DNA from: Candidatus Kaiserbacteria bacterium
GTDB lineage: Bacteria; Patescibacteriota; Minisyncoccia; Phycocordibacterales; UBA2100
Assembly: GCA_016217925.1 (NCBI GenBank)
Contig: JACRFK010000005.1
Coordinates: forward strand, 44,170-108,169
DNA: 64,000 nucleotides
Direction of reading: 5' to 3'
A model generated the notes under the pieces. It was not told where the DNA came from, searched no databases, and worked only from the letters and a program-made list of their open reading frames with translations. Every line of letters begins with the position of its first letter. Within the stretch, counting starts at the first letter, position 1. A program made the position numbers and the translations under genes. Shown here piece by piece: positions 19,097 through 29,569 of the stretch.

Positions 19097-19497
19097 CGGC
19101 CGATACACCGGCAAAAAAAGGGACAATTCTTCTCATCGATGATGACAAGTTCCTTTTGGATATGTACGGGATGAAATTTTCTCAAAGCGGATATACGGTC
19201 GAAGCGTGTTTATCAGGAAATGAGGCGCTCGGCGTCTTGCGCGGCGGATTCCAGCCCGACGTGCTCCTCTTTGATCTGACCATGCCAGAGCTCGATGGAT
19301 TTTCATTCCTAAAGGCAATTTCTGATGAGCGTCTTGCGACTAATTCGCTCAAGATCGCGCTCACGAACCAAAGCGATGAATCGGAAAAAACAAAGGCGAT
19401 GGAGATGGGCGCTTCACGTTATATCGTGAAGGCGAGCATGATCCCGTCGGAAGTTGTCAACACGGTCAGTGAAGAGCTTTCAAAACGTCACGCGTAA
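19042..19497 (+). CDS. single-domain response regulator (PilG/PilH-like receiver) with a repeat-derived N-terminal extension
   Basis: ILLIDDDKFLLDMYG...DVLLFDLTMPELDGFSFL...K receiver signature; sits between pilB and pilT. Confidence 0.75.
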   Translation: MASNGVNQADTNKEASNGAADTPAKKGTILLIDDDKFLLDMYGMKFSQSGYTVEACLSGNEALGVLRGGFQPDVLLFDLTMPELDGFSFLKAISDERLATNSLKIALTNQSDESEKTKAMEMGASRYIVKASMIPSEVVNTVSEELSKRHA

Positions 19498-19523
19498 TAC
19501 TGGTATCATTTCTCTATATACAT

Positions 19524-20588
19524 ATGAATGATTATCCGGCACTTTTGAAAAAGTATATCAACGTTCTCGTGCACGAGGGCGGTTCGGACCTGCACTTCTC
19601 TACCGGCGCGCACCCCACGATTCGTGTTTCTGGCTCGCTCAGTCCGATGCTCAAGGAGGCGGTCCTTACCACCGAGGATACGCGCGGCTTTCTTAAGGCA
19701 CTCATTACCCCCACGCAAGAGAGCCGATTCAACGAGGTCCAAGAAATTGATTTTGCCTACGAAAGCCCCGACAAGTTCCGTTTCAGGGGCAATGCATTTA
19801 TCCAGCGCGGGGCTGTGGGGATAGCGCTGCGCCTCGTTCCCAACAAAATACTGTCCATCCAAGAACTAAATCTTCCGGAGATACTTACGTCATTTGCCCG
19901 TAAGGAGCAAGGATTCTTTCTGGTGGTAGGGCCTGTGGGGCAGGGCAAGACGACGACGCTCGCGTCATTGGTAGAGCTCATTAATACCGAGCGCATGGAG
20001 CACATCATCACTATCGAGGATCCGATAGAGTACATTTTTGAGCCAAAACAGTCACTCATAGACCAGCGAGAGGTCGGTATCGACACCAAGGACTTTGCCT
20101 CGGCGCTTCTCTCGGCCTTTCGTGAGGACGTAGACGTCCTCCTGGTCGGTGAGATGCGTGGACCGGAAACTATGGCGGCCGCCGTGACCGCGGCCGAGAC
20201 AGGCCACCTCGTATTCTCGACTCTGCATACCAATAACGCTGCGCAGACCATCGATCGCATCATCGATACGTTCCCTCCGGGCCAGCAAGACCAGATACGT
20301 CTCCAACTTGCCGCGTCCTTGGCCGGGATTTTCTCTCAGCGGCTCATTACACGCATCTCCGGCGGACGGATCCCATGCTATGAATTGCTCATCAACAACA
20401 AGGCCGTCGCCAACCTTATCCGCGAGAAACGCACACACGAGATCAACACCGTGATAGAGACCGGTTCGACGGAGGGTATGATCGACATGAACCGTTCGCT
20501 TGCCGAGCTGGTAGCGCGCGGCGAGATTACTCCCGAGAGCGCATACCAACACTCGCTCAACCCGAACGTCCTGCAAAAACTTCTCTAA
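19524..20588 (+). CDS. pilT: twitching-motility ATPase PilT
   Basis: 354 aa; Walker A GPVGQGKTTT; PilT-type C-terminus; no GspE_N domain. Confidence 0.9.
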   Translation: MNDYPALLKKYINVLVHEGGSDLHFSTGAHPTIRVSGSLSPMLKEAVLTTEDTRGFLKALITPTQESRFNEVQEIDFAYESPDKFRFRGNAFIQRGAVGIALRLVPNKILSIQELNLPEILTSFARKEQGFFLVVGPVGQGKTTTLASLVELINTERMEHIITIEDPIEYIFEPKQSLIDQREVGIDTKDFASALLSAFREDVDVLLVGEMRGPETMAAAVTAAETGHLVFSTLHTNNAAQTIDRIIDTFPPGQQDQIRLQLAASLAGIFSQRLITRISGGRIPCYELLINNKAVANLIREKRTHEINTVIETGSTEGMIDMNRSLAELVARGEITPESAYQHSLNPNVLQKLL

Positions 20589-20591
20589 CGT

Positions 20592-21800
20592 ATGGCCATC
20601 TTCAAGTACACGGCCCTTGACGCGGAAGGGAACCAGCGGCAAGGAACCATTGATGCCGTCAATATGGACGTGGCAATTGCGGCACTTCAGCGTCGCGGTC
20701 TTGTTATATCCGGTATCGATCCTGCCGAGAGCAAGACGCTTTTGTCACAACGCTTTTCGTTCTTTGACCGCGTGAATAATGCGGACGTCGTCATGCTCTC
20801 AAGGCAGATCACGACGCTCTTCGAAGCGCAGGTCTCGGCCCTCCGCGCGTTCCGATTGCTTGCGGCGGAAGCACGCACTCCGGCCTTAGGCGAGAAATTG
20901 ACGGCTATCGGCAACGATCTGCAAAGTGGTAGCTCGATCTCGGCAGCCCTCGCACGACACCCCGACGTATTCACGCCTTTTTACGTGAACATGGTGCGCG
21001 CGGGGGAGGAATCAGGAAAACTCGATGAGACCTTCGCATACCTTGCCGACTACCTTGACCGCAATTACGAACTTACCCAAAAGGCTCGCAACGCGTTGGT
21101 CTACCCCGCGTTCATCATGCTCACGTTCATTGTGGTCATGGTACTCATGATGACGCTCGTGATCCCGCACCTTTCGGACATGCTTCAAGAGACTGGGCAG
21201 GGCATACCGATCTACACAAAGATCGTGATCGGCATTTCACAATTCCTCACCCGCTATATTGCTCTCATCCTCATATTGGTCGTGATAGGAGCGGTCTTCC
21301 TATATCGATTCTCGCGCACAGCACACGGTAGAGAAATGCTCTCGCGCGCACGTCTCGAATCGCCGGCGATCGGCAACATATATCGCAAGATATTTCTTTC
21401 GCGCATCGCCGACAACCTTTCAACAATGCTTCGAAGCGGCATTCAGGTATTGCGTGGCCTCGAGATAACGGGATTGGTAGTCGGGGATGCGGTCTATGAA
21501 AAAGTGCTCGCTGATTCGGCGAACGACGTCAAGGGCGGTATGCCGCTTTCTGAGGCCTTGCGTAAGCATCGGGAGATCCCGGGTATTGTGGTCGCCATGG
21601 TGAAGATCGGCGAGGAGACGGGGAATATGGGGAAGATACTTGAGACTATGGCCCGATTCTATCGTCGAGAAGTGAACAACGCCGTCGACACGCTCGTTGG
21701 CCTCATTGAGCCGTTAATGATCGTTATCCTAGCCGTCGGCGTCGCGATACTTCTCGCGTCAGTCCTCTTGCCTATTTACAACATTGCTTCCAGCTTCTGA
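20592..21800 (+). CDS. pilC: type IV pilus inner-membrane platform protein PilC (GspF family)
   Basis: 402 aa with two GspF repeats and 3-4 TM helices. Confidence 0.9.
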   Translation: MAIFKYTALDAEGNQRQGTIDAVNMDVAIAALQRRGLVISGIDPAESKTLLSQRFSFFDRVNNADVVMLSRQITTLFEAQVSALRAFRLLAAEARTPALGEKLTAIGNDLQSGSSISAALARHPDVFTPFYVNMVRAGEESGKLDETFAYLADYLDRNYELTQKARNALVYPAFIMLTFIVVMVLMMTLVIPHLSDMLQETGQGIPIYTKIVIGISQFLTRYIALILILVVIGAVFLYRFSRTAHGREMLSRARLESPAIGNIYRKIFLSRIADNLSTMLRSGIQVLRGLEITGLVVGDAVYEKVLADSANDVKGGMPLSEALRKHREIPGIVVAMVKIGEETGNMGKILETMARFYRREVNNAVDTLVGLIEPLMIVILAVGVAILLASVLLPIYNIASSF

Positions 21801-21890
21801 ACCCACCGCGAGGTGCCGCCGAAGGCGGTTCGACTGTCGGCCATAGGCCGATGGGAGAAGGTTCACGTCGGAACGAGCACGTTCCGACGA
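21790..21890. repeat. repeat family A locus 2, beginning 8 nt before the pilC stop codon
   Basis: ccagcttctgaacccaccgcgaggtgccgccgaaggcggttcgactgtcggccataggccgatgggagaaggttcacgtcggaacgagcacgttccgacg is ~95% identical to 6862..6963. Confidence 0.65.
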
Positions 21891-21991
21891 ACCGTCCGGT
21901 TATGCACATATGAAGTTGTCCAGTCGTGCCGGGGGTATACAATAGTCAGACTAGTTATCAAGGTAATTTAATAGGTAATTTCTCGTTTATC

Positions 21992-22501
21992 ATGAAAACA
22001 TCTTATAAAAAGGGCTTTACGTTGATTGAGCTCCTGGTGGTCATTGCGATCATCGGAATTCTTTCTTCCATCGTCCTCGCCTCTCTCAACAGCGCACGAC
22101 AAAAGGGCCGTGATGCGCGCCGTGTCGCAGATATCAAGCAGATCCAGCTCGCCCTTGAGCTCTATTACGATGCACACAGCGTGTACCCGACACAGGCGCT
22201 CTATGCGACCAATCTCGTAAGCGAAGGATTTATCTCGACGCTCCCGAAGGACCCATCAAGCAATCTTAGCTACGCATATGCGGGTCTTGCGCCTTCCGGC
22301 ACGACTTGCACAAGTTACCATTTGGGTGCCAAACTTGAGACGACTGGCCACACTGCCCTCAGTAGCGACGCTGACTCGACGGGCGGGACGGTCTGTACAA
22401 GTCCCACGACCGGAGCATGGGTCACCAATGCCGACGTAACGGCGCTCGCAGGTGGCGACTTTGACGGAACATTGGCACAGATCTACGACGTGAAGCCGTA
22501 A
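21992..22501 (+). CDS. pilA: type IV major pilin (prepilin with class III signal)
   Basis: MKTSYKKG|FTLIELLVVIAIIGILSSIV leader plus N-methyl-Phe helix; ~170 aa. Confidence 0.8.
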   Translation: MKTSYKKGFTLIELLVVIAIIGILSSIVLASLNSARQKGRDARRVADIKQIQLALELYYDAHSVYPTQALYATNLVSEGFISTLPKDPSSNLSYAYAGLAPSGTTCTSYHLGAKLETTGHTALSSDADSTGGTVCTSPTTGAWVTNADVTALAGGDFDGTLAQIYDVKP

Positions 22502-22605
22502 GTGACCCCGCCCGAAGAGGGCGCCCGTAGGGGCCGAATGTCTGCCGAAGGCAGATACGAGGCGGGTCAGGCACGCGCGAGCACGCGCGGGCCAAGACAA
22601 AAACC

Positions 22606-22650
22606 AGCACGAACCCCGCCTATGGCGGGGTTCGTGCTGTATACTCTTTT
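22606..22650 (+). terminator. rho-independent terminator after pilA
   Basis: agcacgaaccccgcc-tatg-gcggggttcgtgct hairpin followed by gtatactctttt. Confidence 0.6.
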
Positions 22651-22652
22651 CA

Positions 22653-23477
22653 ATGACCACGATCGTGTTCGGACTCTTCGGCCTTATCGTCGGCAGTTTT
22701 CTCAATGTCGTCGTTCTTCGCCACGGCGTGCGCTCCACCTTGGGCAGAAGCGGCTGCATGAGCTGTGGCACCCAACTTCGATGGTACGACATGATACCCG
22801 TCGTCTCGTGGCTCGCACTAGGGGGCAGGTGTCGTGTGTGTCGAGCGCGCGTCTCTTTCCAGTACCCGCTCGTTGAAGCGGCTACGGCCGTCGGCTTCGG
22901 ATTCATAGGTGCCTCGTCGCTGCCCATGTTTTCACAGATCATCGGCGGCATCATTCTTGCGCTACTCATCTGTATAGCTGCATACGACATGCTCCATACG
23001 ATAATTCCCGACGAATGGGCGTACGCGTTTGCGGGTCTTGCACTCCTCTTTCAATTCTTGGTACCTCATATAGGATCCTTCTCTACTTGGATGGTTTTGG
23101 CAGGGCCACTTACAGCCCTTCCACTTTTTGCACTGTGGTTTTTTTCTCACGGAAGGTGGATGGGATTGGGTGATGCAAAACTCGCTCTTGGTATCGGCTG
23201 GCTGCTCGGCCCCGCAGAGGGTCTTTTCGCGGTTTTCGGTGCGTTCATTGTGGGGGGAGTTGTGAGTGCGCCACTCCTCGTCGTATCGTCGGAGTGGTGG
23301 CGTCGAATTGTTCAGAAGTTTACCCCCACTCAAACTTCGCGGAATTTGGTGTGGGGGTTTACAATGAAAAGCGAGATCCCATTCGGGCCTTTTCTCATAC
23401 TGAGCTGCATCATATTATGGTTCTCATCGATCAACGGAATAGATCCACTACAAGCTCTCGGGCTTTTACCCTCATAG
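22653..23477 (+). CDS. pilD: prepilin peptidase PilD (A24 family)
   Basis: LIVGSFLNVVV...CxxC...CxxC zinc-finger N-terminus; multi-TM; peptidase A24 signature. Confidence 0.85.
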   Translation: MTTIVFGLFGLIVGSFLNVVVLRHGVRSTLGRSGCMSCGTQLRWYDMIPVVSWLALGGRCRVCRARVSFQYPLVEAATAVGFGFIGASSLPMFSQIIGGIILALLICIAAYDMLHTIIPDEWAYAFAGLALLFQFLVPHIGSFSTWMVLAGPLTALPLFALWFFSHGRWMGLGDAKLALGIGWLLGPAEGLFAVFGAFIVGGVVSAPLLVVSSEWWRRIVQKFTPTQTSRNLVWGFTMKSEIPFGPFLILSCIILWFSSINGIDPLQALGLLPS

Positions 23478-24067
23478 AACTGCTGGTCGTTACCGCCATC
23501 ATTACGGTCGTCTCCTCCGTCGTCCTAGTAAGCAATAACCGGTTCGGAGGCGTCGTACAGCTCCAAAACCTCGCGTATGATATTGCGCTCTCGATACGAC
23601 AGGCGCAGGTCTACGGTATCTCCGTACAACGATTTGGTACCAATTGTTCAGAGCCGGGATCGGCGTGTTTTGAATCGGGATACGGCATGCATTTTTTAAA
23701 GAACGATGCGCAGCACTATGAACTCTTCGCGGATGTCGACCAAGACGGTCTGTACGTTGTGAGTGAGAACGTCCCTCCGTCGCCATACACAATAAGCGGC
23801 GGTTTCAGGATAATCGACCTCTGTGCACCGGAGGGGACTAGCTGGGCCCTGTGCAAGGATGCATCGCCTGCTACGCAGCTCGACATTGTCTTTAAGAGAC
23901 CGGAACCGGGCGCATGGATCAGCGCGAACGGGGTAGCATGCACGTACGGTGCCGGTATTTGTGCGGATAGCGCGCGAATTGTCCTCATTTCGCCGCGTGG
24001 TGATGTTATGAGCGTGCTCGTAGAGGCCAACGGGCAAATATCGGTGAAAAAGGAATCCTCACAGTAG
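23420..24067 (+). CDS. minor pilin / pseudopilin 1 (prepilin-type N-terminal domain)
   Basis: ...SRAFTLIELLVVTAIITVVSSVVLV; start uncertain, chosen ATG overlaps the pilD 3' end. Confidence 0.5.
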   Translation, partial: VLIDQRNRSTTSSRAFTLIELLVVTAIITVVSSVVLVSNNRFGGVVQLQNLAYDIALSIRQAQVYGISVQRFGTNCSEPGSACFESGYGMHFLKNDAQHYELFADVDQDGLYVVSENVPPSPYTISGGFRIIDLCAPEGTSWALCKDASPATQLDIVFKRPEPGAWISANGVACTYGAGICADSARIVLISPRGDVMSVLVEANGQISVKKESSQ

Positions 24068-24093
24068 AAAGTATGAAGTATAGTGTATAGAAT

Positions 24094-24720
24094 ATGGAGG
24101 AGAAAACTCAGAAAAAGGCAAATCAGACTTCCCGCCATACGCCATACGCCATACGCCATACGCGTGGGTTTACTCTCATCGAGATGATAGTGGCAACCGC
24201 GCTTTTTGCGGTCGTTATGGTAGTTTGCGTCGGGGCCCTCTTGTCTCTCGTGTCTGCGAACAGAAAGGCGCAGGCTCTACAATCCGTGATGAATAATCTG
24301 AACATCGCGCTCGACGGAACGGTGCGGTCGGTGCGCATGGGCAGTGACTACGATGCCGGTTCAGCGGGCTGTACGGTGATCGACCCCCTGAATCCGCACG
24401 ATTGTGCGGAGGGCAGCACACAAATATCATTCAAACCATTCGGTGACCCATTGCAGTCCCGCTGGGTATATCGTTTCAATAGCACAACCCACCAGCTAGA
24501 GCGCTCGACGACCGGCTCTATCGCAGGCGCGGTCCCCATCACCGCCCCTGAGGTGTCCATCGACAGCATGCTCTTCTATGTTATTGGGACACAACAATCG
24601 GACACGGTGCAGCCGAAGGTCGTTATCGTTATCAAGGGAAGCGCCGGGGCTTCCGGCACGACAGCACACACCACGTTCCACATCCAAGCGACCGCGGTCC
24701 AACGCGTACTCGATCTATGA
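24094..24720 (+). CDS. minor pilin / pseudopilin 2 with heptamer-repeat-containing leader
   Basis: ...HTRGFTLIEMIVATALFAVVMVV prepilin N-terminus; leader contains (GCCATAC)x4. Confidence 0.65.
   Translation: MEEKTQKKANQTSRHTPYAIRHTRGFTLIEMIVATALFAVVMVVCVGALLSLVSANRKAQALQSVMNNLNIALDGTVRSVRMGSDYDAGSAGCTVIDPLNPHDCAEGSTQISFKPFGDPLQSRWVYRFNSTTHQLERSTTGSIAGAVPITAPEVSIDSMLFYVIGTQQSDTVQPKVVIVIKGSAGASGTTAHTTFHIQATAVQRVLDL
24134..24161. repeat. tandem heptanucleotide repeat (GCCATAC)x4 in the 5' region of minor pilin 2
   Basis: gccatacgccatacgccatacgccatac read directly. Confidence 0.85.
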
Positions 24721-25409
24721 ATATGAAGAAAAGTATATCGTATATCGTATATCGTATATCGTATGGAAAATACGGAACGGCCGGCATCCATACCAGATAC
24801 CAAATACTACATACTACGTACGGCGCACGGAGTGCGGGGTTTTCGCTCATCGAAACGCTCATCGCGATCTCACTTCTTTCGATCGCGATCGTCGCGCCGA
24901 TGACGCTTGCATCGAAAGGCCTTTCGACCGCTTATTATGCGCGCGATCAGATCACCGCTTTTTATCTCGCTCAAGAAGCCATCGAGGCGCTCCGGAGTAT
25001 CCGTGATGCGCAGGTACTCAAGATTACCCAAGGGCAAAGCGGGATCGATATTTTGGGGCAAATACCCATAACGACCGCCACCCAAGATAATTCTTTTACG
25101 ATTGATGCGCGGAAGGGAGACCCCGCACTTGCGATAACAAGGTGTTTAGATTATCCCGGGCAGACATGCCCGCCGCTTCAGACCAATATTGCTTCCGACC
25201 TTCCTCTGTACGGATACGAGAGTGGTTGGGATGAGACCTATTTCACGCGCATCGTGCGCGCGACGGTCGTCAGTGAGGATACCGGTGGTGTGCCGCAGGA
25301 AATACGCGTCTCAGTCACTGTTTCCTGGCGGACGGGCTCCATCCAGACCCGCACGTTCAATATTTCGGGGAACTTGTATCGGTGGGCCAACGACGATTCA
25401 GCTCAATGA
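24717..25409 (+). CDS. minor pilin / pseudopilin 3 with heptamer-repeat-containing leader
   Basis: ...SAGFSLIETLIAISLLSIAIVAPM prepilin N-terminus; ATGA overlap with the previous gene; leader contains (GTATATC)x4. Confidence 0.6.
   Translation: MNMKKSISYIVYRISYGKYGTAGIHTRYQILHTTYGARSAGFSLIETLIAISLLSIAIVAPMTLASKGLSTAYYARDQITAFYLAQEAIEALRSIRDAQVLKITQGQSGIDILGQIPITTATQDNSFTIDARKGDPALAITRCLDYPGQTCPPLQTNIASDLPLYGYESGWDETYFTRIVRATVVSEDTGGVPQEIRVSVTVSWRTGSIQTRTFNISGNLYRWANDDSAQ
24733..24764. repeat. tandem heptanucleotide repeat (GTATATC)x4 plus partial, with ATACTACx2 nearby (24805..24818)
   Basis: gtatatcgtatatcgtatatcgtatatcgtatgg read directly. Confidence 0.85.
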
Positions 25410-26011
25410 CGACTATGAAAAAACAAAAACACAACGGTAGAAGTCGGGTATCGGAGCGCGGCTTTACGCTCCTGCTTGCCGCACTCGTTTCTTCTGTCGT
25501 CCTTGCGGTCGGGGCCGCGATATTTGGCATCGCCCAAAAACAGATCACACTCTCAGCTCTCGGACGTGATTCGCAATTCGCGTTCTACGCGGCCGATACT
25601 GCCGCCGAATGCGCACTGTACTGGGATTTTCGCTGCAACTATTTTGCGAGTTCCACGACGGCGATAAGTCCGGGGTGCACTATCCCCGACCCGCCCGGAC
25701 CGCTGTGCGACGGGCAACCATTGACGCCATTCAGTCCGGACCGTCCTGATCCACCATCCTATCCCTATACGATGACATCAGCACAAATGGACCTCTTCCA
25801 GGATGTGACGGTCGCTGGTTCCGGCAATCTTTGTGCGCAGGTGTCGGTCACAAAATGTCAGGGCACATTCAATGGCAGCGGGGAGTGTATTTCTGGCTCG
25901 CCGACGGATCCAGTGCGGACCATCGTCCATGCTGATGGGTATAGTACAAATTGCGCTTCTATCGGGACGAGCGTGCGGGCACTACAACGCTCCGTGGAAC
26001 TCCACTACTAG
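25406..26011 (+). CDS. minor pilin / PilX-like pseudopilin 4
   Basis: MTTMKKQKHNGRSRVSERGFTLLLAALVSSVVLAVGAAIFG prepilin N-terminus; start ambiguous (25382, 25406 or 25415). Confidence 0.55.
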   Translation: MTTMKKQKHNGRSRVSERGFTLLLAALVSSVVLAVGAAIFGIAQKQITLSALGRDSQFAFYAADTAAECALYWDFRCNYFASSTTAISPGCTIPDPPGPLCDGQPLTPFSPDRPDPPSYPYTMTSAQMDLFQDVTVAGSGNLCAQVSVTKCQGTFNGSGECISGSPTDPVRTIVHADGYSTNCASIGTSVRALQRSVELHY

Positions 26012-26029
26012 CTCTAGTATGATGGTTGA

Positions 26030-28111
<2,082 letters not shown>

Positions 28112-28125
28112 GATACACAGAAGCT

Positions 28126-29223
28126 ATGGTAAATAAAAAACGGGTACTCTTTCTTTACAACGGCGGTACCATCGGACTCGTTGCGGAAAAGCACGACGGG
28201 CAGACGATTTTAATGCCCCCGAAAGATAGCAAAGTATTCCAGGATGCCTGCGAGCCGACCATTGCAGCGCTCGGGAAGGACATGAAAATCACCTTTGAGT
28301 TCGTCACGTCAAAAGACAGCTCCAACATGACGCCGAACGACTGGGAGAAGCTCATTTTTCGGATTAAAAAGGCACAGGACGAGGAAGGATATGACGGCAT
28401 TGCTATCGTGCATGGTACCGACACGCTCGCTTACACGACGACTGCGCTCGCTCTCGCCCTTCACGGAAGGGAAGTCGGCAAGAGCGGTCTTCGAATCCCC
28501 GTTTGTCTTACAGGAGCTCAAAATCCGATTTACGAGCCGGGCGGCGACGGAAGGTTCAACCTTGAGAATCTTTTCAGGACGCTGGATGAGGCGATAGATC
28601 GGGAAGTTGCCGACGTCCTCCTAAATTTTTGGGACAAGGTACTCCTCGGCTGTCGTTCCCTCAAGATGAGCGAGCGGAAATTCGATGCCTTCGAGTCGCC
28701 CTCTTACCCGGAGGTAGGCGAGATCGACTCAAGGGGAGTGCATTTACGACTGCCGCTAATACACATGAAGAAAGACTCGAACGGGAAATTGGATCTCGCG
28801 CCGAAATTCGGCAGAGGTGTCATCAGTTTCGAACTCACACCGGGCATAGATCCGAATGTTGTTCTCGGTTTTATAACGGGCGGTGGCATTTCTGCAATGA
28901 TATTGAAATCGCTCGGAGAGGGGAACGTATGTTCCGAAGGACAATACAACATGCTTCCTGTTATTAAGCAGGCGACGGAAGAATATCAGGTGCCTATTTT
29001 CATCACAACGAAATTTCCCGGTGGCAGCATGGTGGCCGCTCACTATGAGGGTGGCGTTGCCGCTATCAAGGCGGGGGGCATTCCTTGTTATGACCAGACG
29101 GATGTCGCGGTAGACGTGAAAGTACGATGGCTCCTCGGTAACGGCATCGCGACACGTTCCGAAGATCTGCAAAAGGCAATGAGGACGAGTTATGCGGGGG
29201 AAGTTACTCCGCCGGAGAAATAA
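28126..29223 (+). CDS. L-asparaginase family protein (type I asparaginase / GatD-like)
   Basis: FLYNGGTIG and IVHGTDTLAYT catalytic threonine motifs; 365 aa. Confidence 0.75.
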   Translation: MVNKKRVLFLYNGGTIGLVAEKHDGQTILMPPKDSKVFQDACEPTIAALGKDMKITFEFVTSKDSSNMTPNDWEKLIFRIKKAQDEEGYDGIAIVHGTDTLAYTTTALALALHGREVGKSGLRIPVCLTGAQNPIYEPGGDGRFNLENLFRTLDEAIDREVADVLLNFWDKVLLGCRSLKMSERKFDAFESPSYPEVGEIDSRGVHLRLPLIHMKKDSNGKLDLAPKFGRGVISFELTPGIDPNVVLGFITGGGISAMILKSLGEGNVCSEGQYNMLPVIKQATEEYQVPIFITTKFPGGSMVAAHYEGGVAAIKAGGIPCYDQTDVAVDVKVRWLLGNGIATRSEDLQKAMRTSYAGEVTPPEK

Positions 29224-29271
29224 CGCGATATCCGGGCTGACAGAAGGGCTGTTTGTGCGTATAGTATTGCA

Positions 29272-29568
29272 ATGACTCAGCCTAAAGTTGATGTTGCCGC
29301 ACTTGCTAAGCTCGCGCGGCTCGACATCCCCGAAGGTGAAATGGTTCAGTTGGAAAAAGAGATTCCGGCAATTTTGAAGTTTGTTGAGACGATACAAGCC
29401 GCGAGCACCGGAAGAGAGGCGAATACACCTGCTCTGCGCAATGTGATGCGGGCGGATGAGAATCCTATTGAGAGCGGCAAATACACGAAGACGCTTTTGG
29501 ACGCTGCGCCAGCGCGGGAGGGCAATCGGGTTGCGGTAAAGCAAGTAATTTCGCGAAAGAAGAAATGA
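29272..29568 (+). CDS. gatC: Asp-tRNA(Asn)/Glu-tRNA(Gln) amidotransferase subunit C
   Basis: 98 aa; GatC-like; immediately precedes gatA with a 1-nt gap. Confidence 0.7.
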   Translation: MTQPKVDVAALAKLARLDIPEGEMVQLEKEIPAILKFVETIQAASTGREANTPALRNVMRADENPIESGKYTKTLLDAAPAREGNRVAVKQVISRKKK

Positions 29569-29569
29569 T

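Noticed and set aside
21961-21981. Direct repeat aggtaattt-aat-aggtaattt upstream of pilA as a sigma-54 promoter
   Set aside because: It lacks the TGGCAC-N5-TTGC sigma-54 consensus. It is more likely a regulator binding site or coincidental, and is noted but not called.
23294-23419. Upstream start (23294) for minor pilin 1 as given in the ORF track
   Set aside because: It would overlap pilD by ~180 nt in another frame and give a ~57-aa leader. The start at 23420 was preferred, though the true start (possibly non-ATG) remains uncertain.
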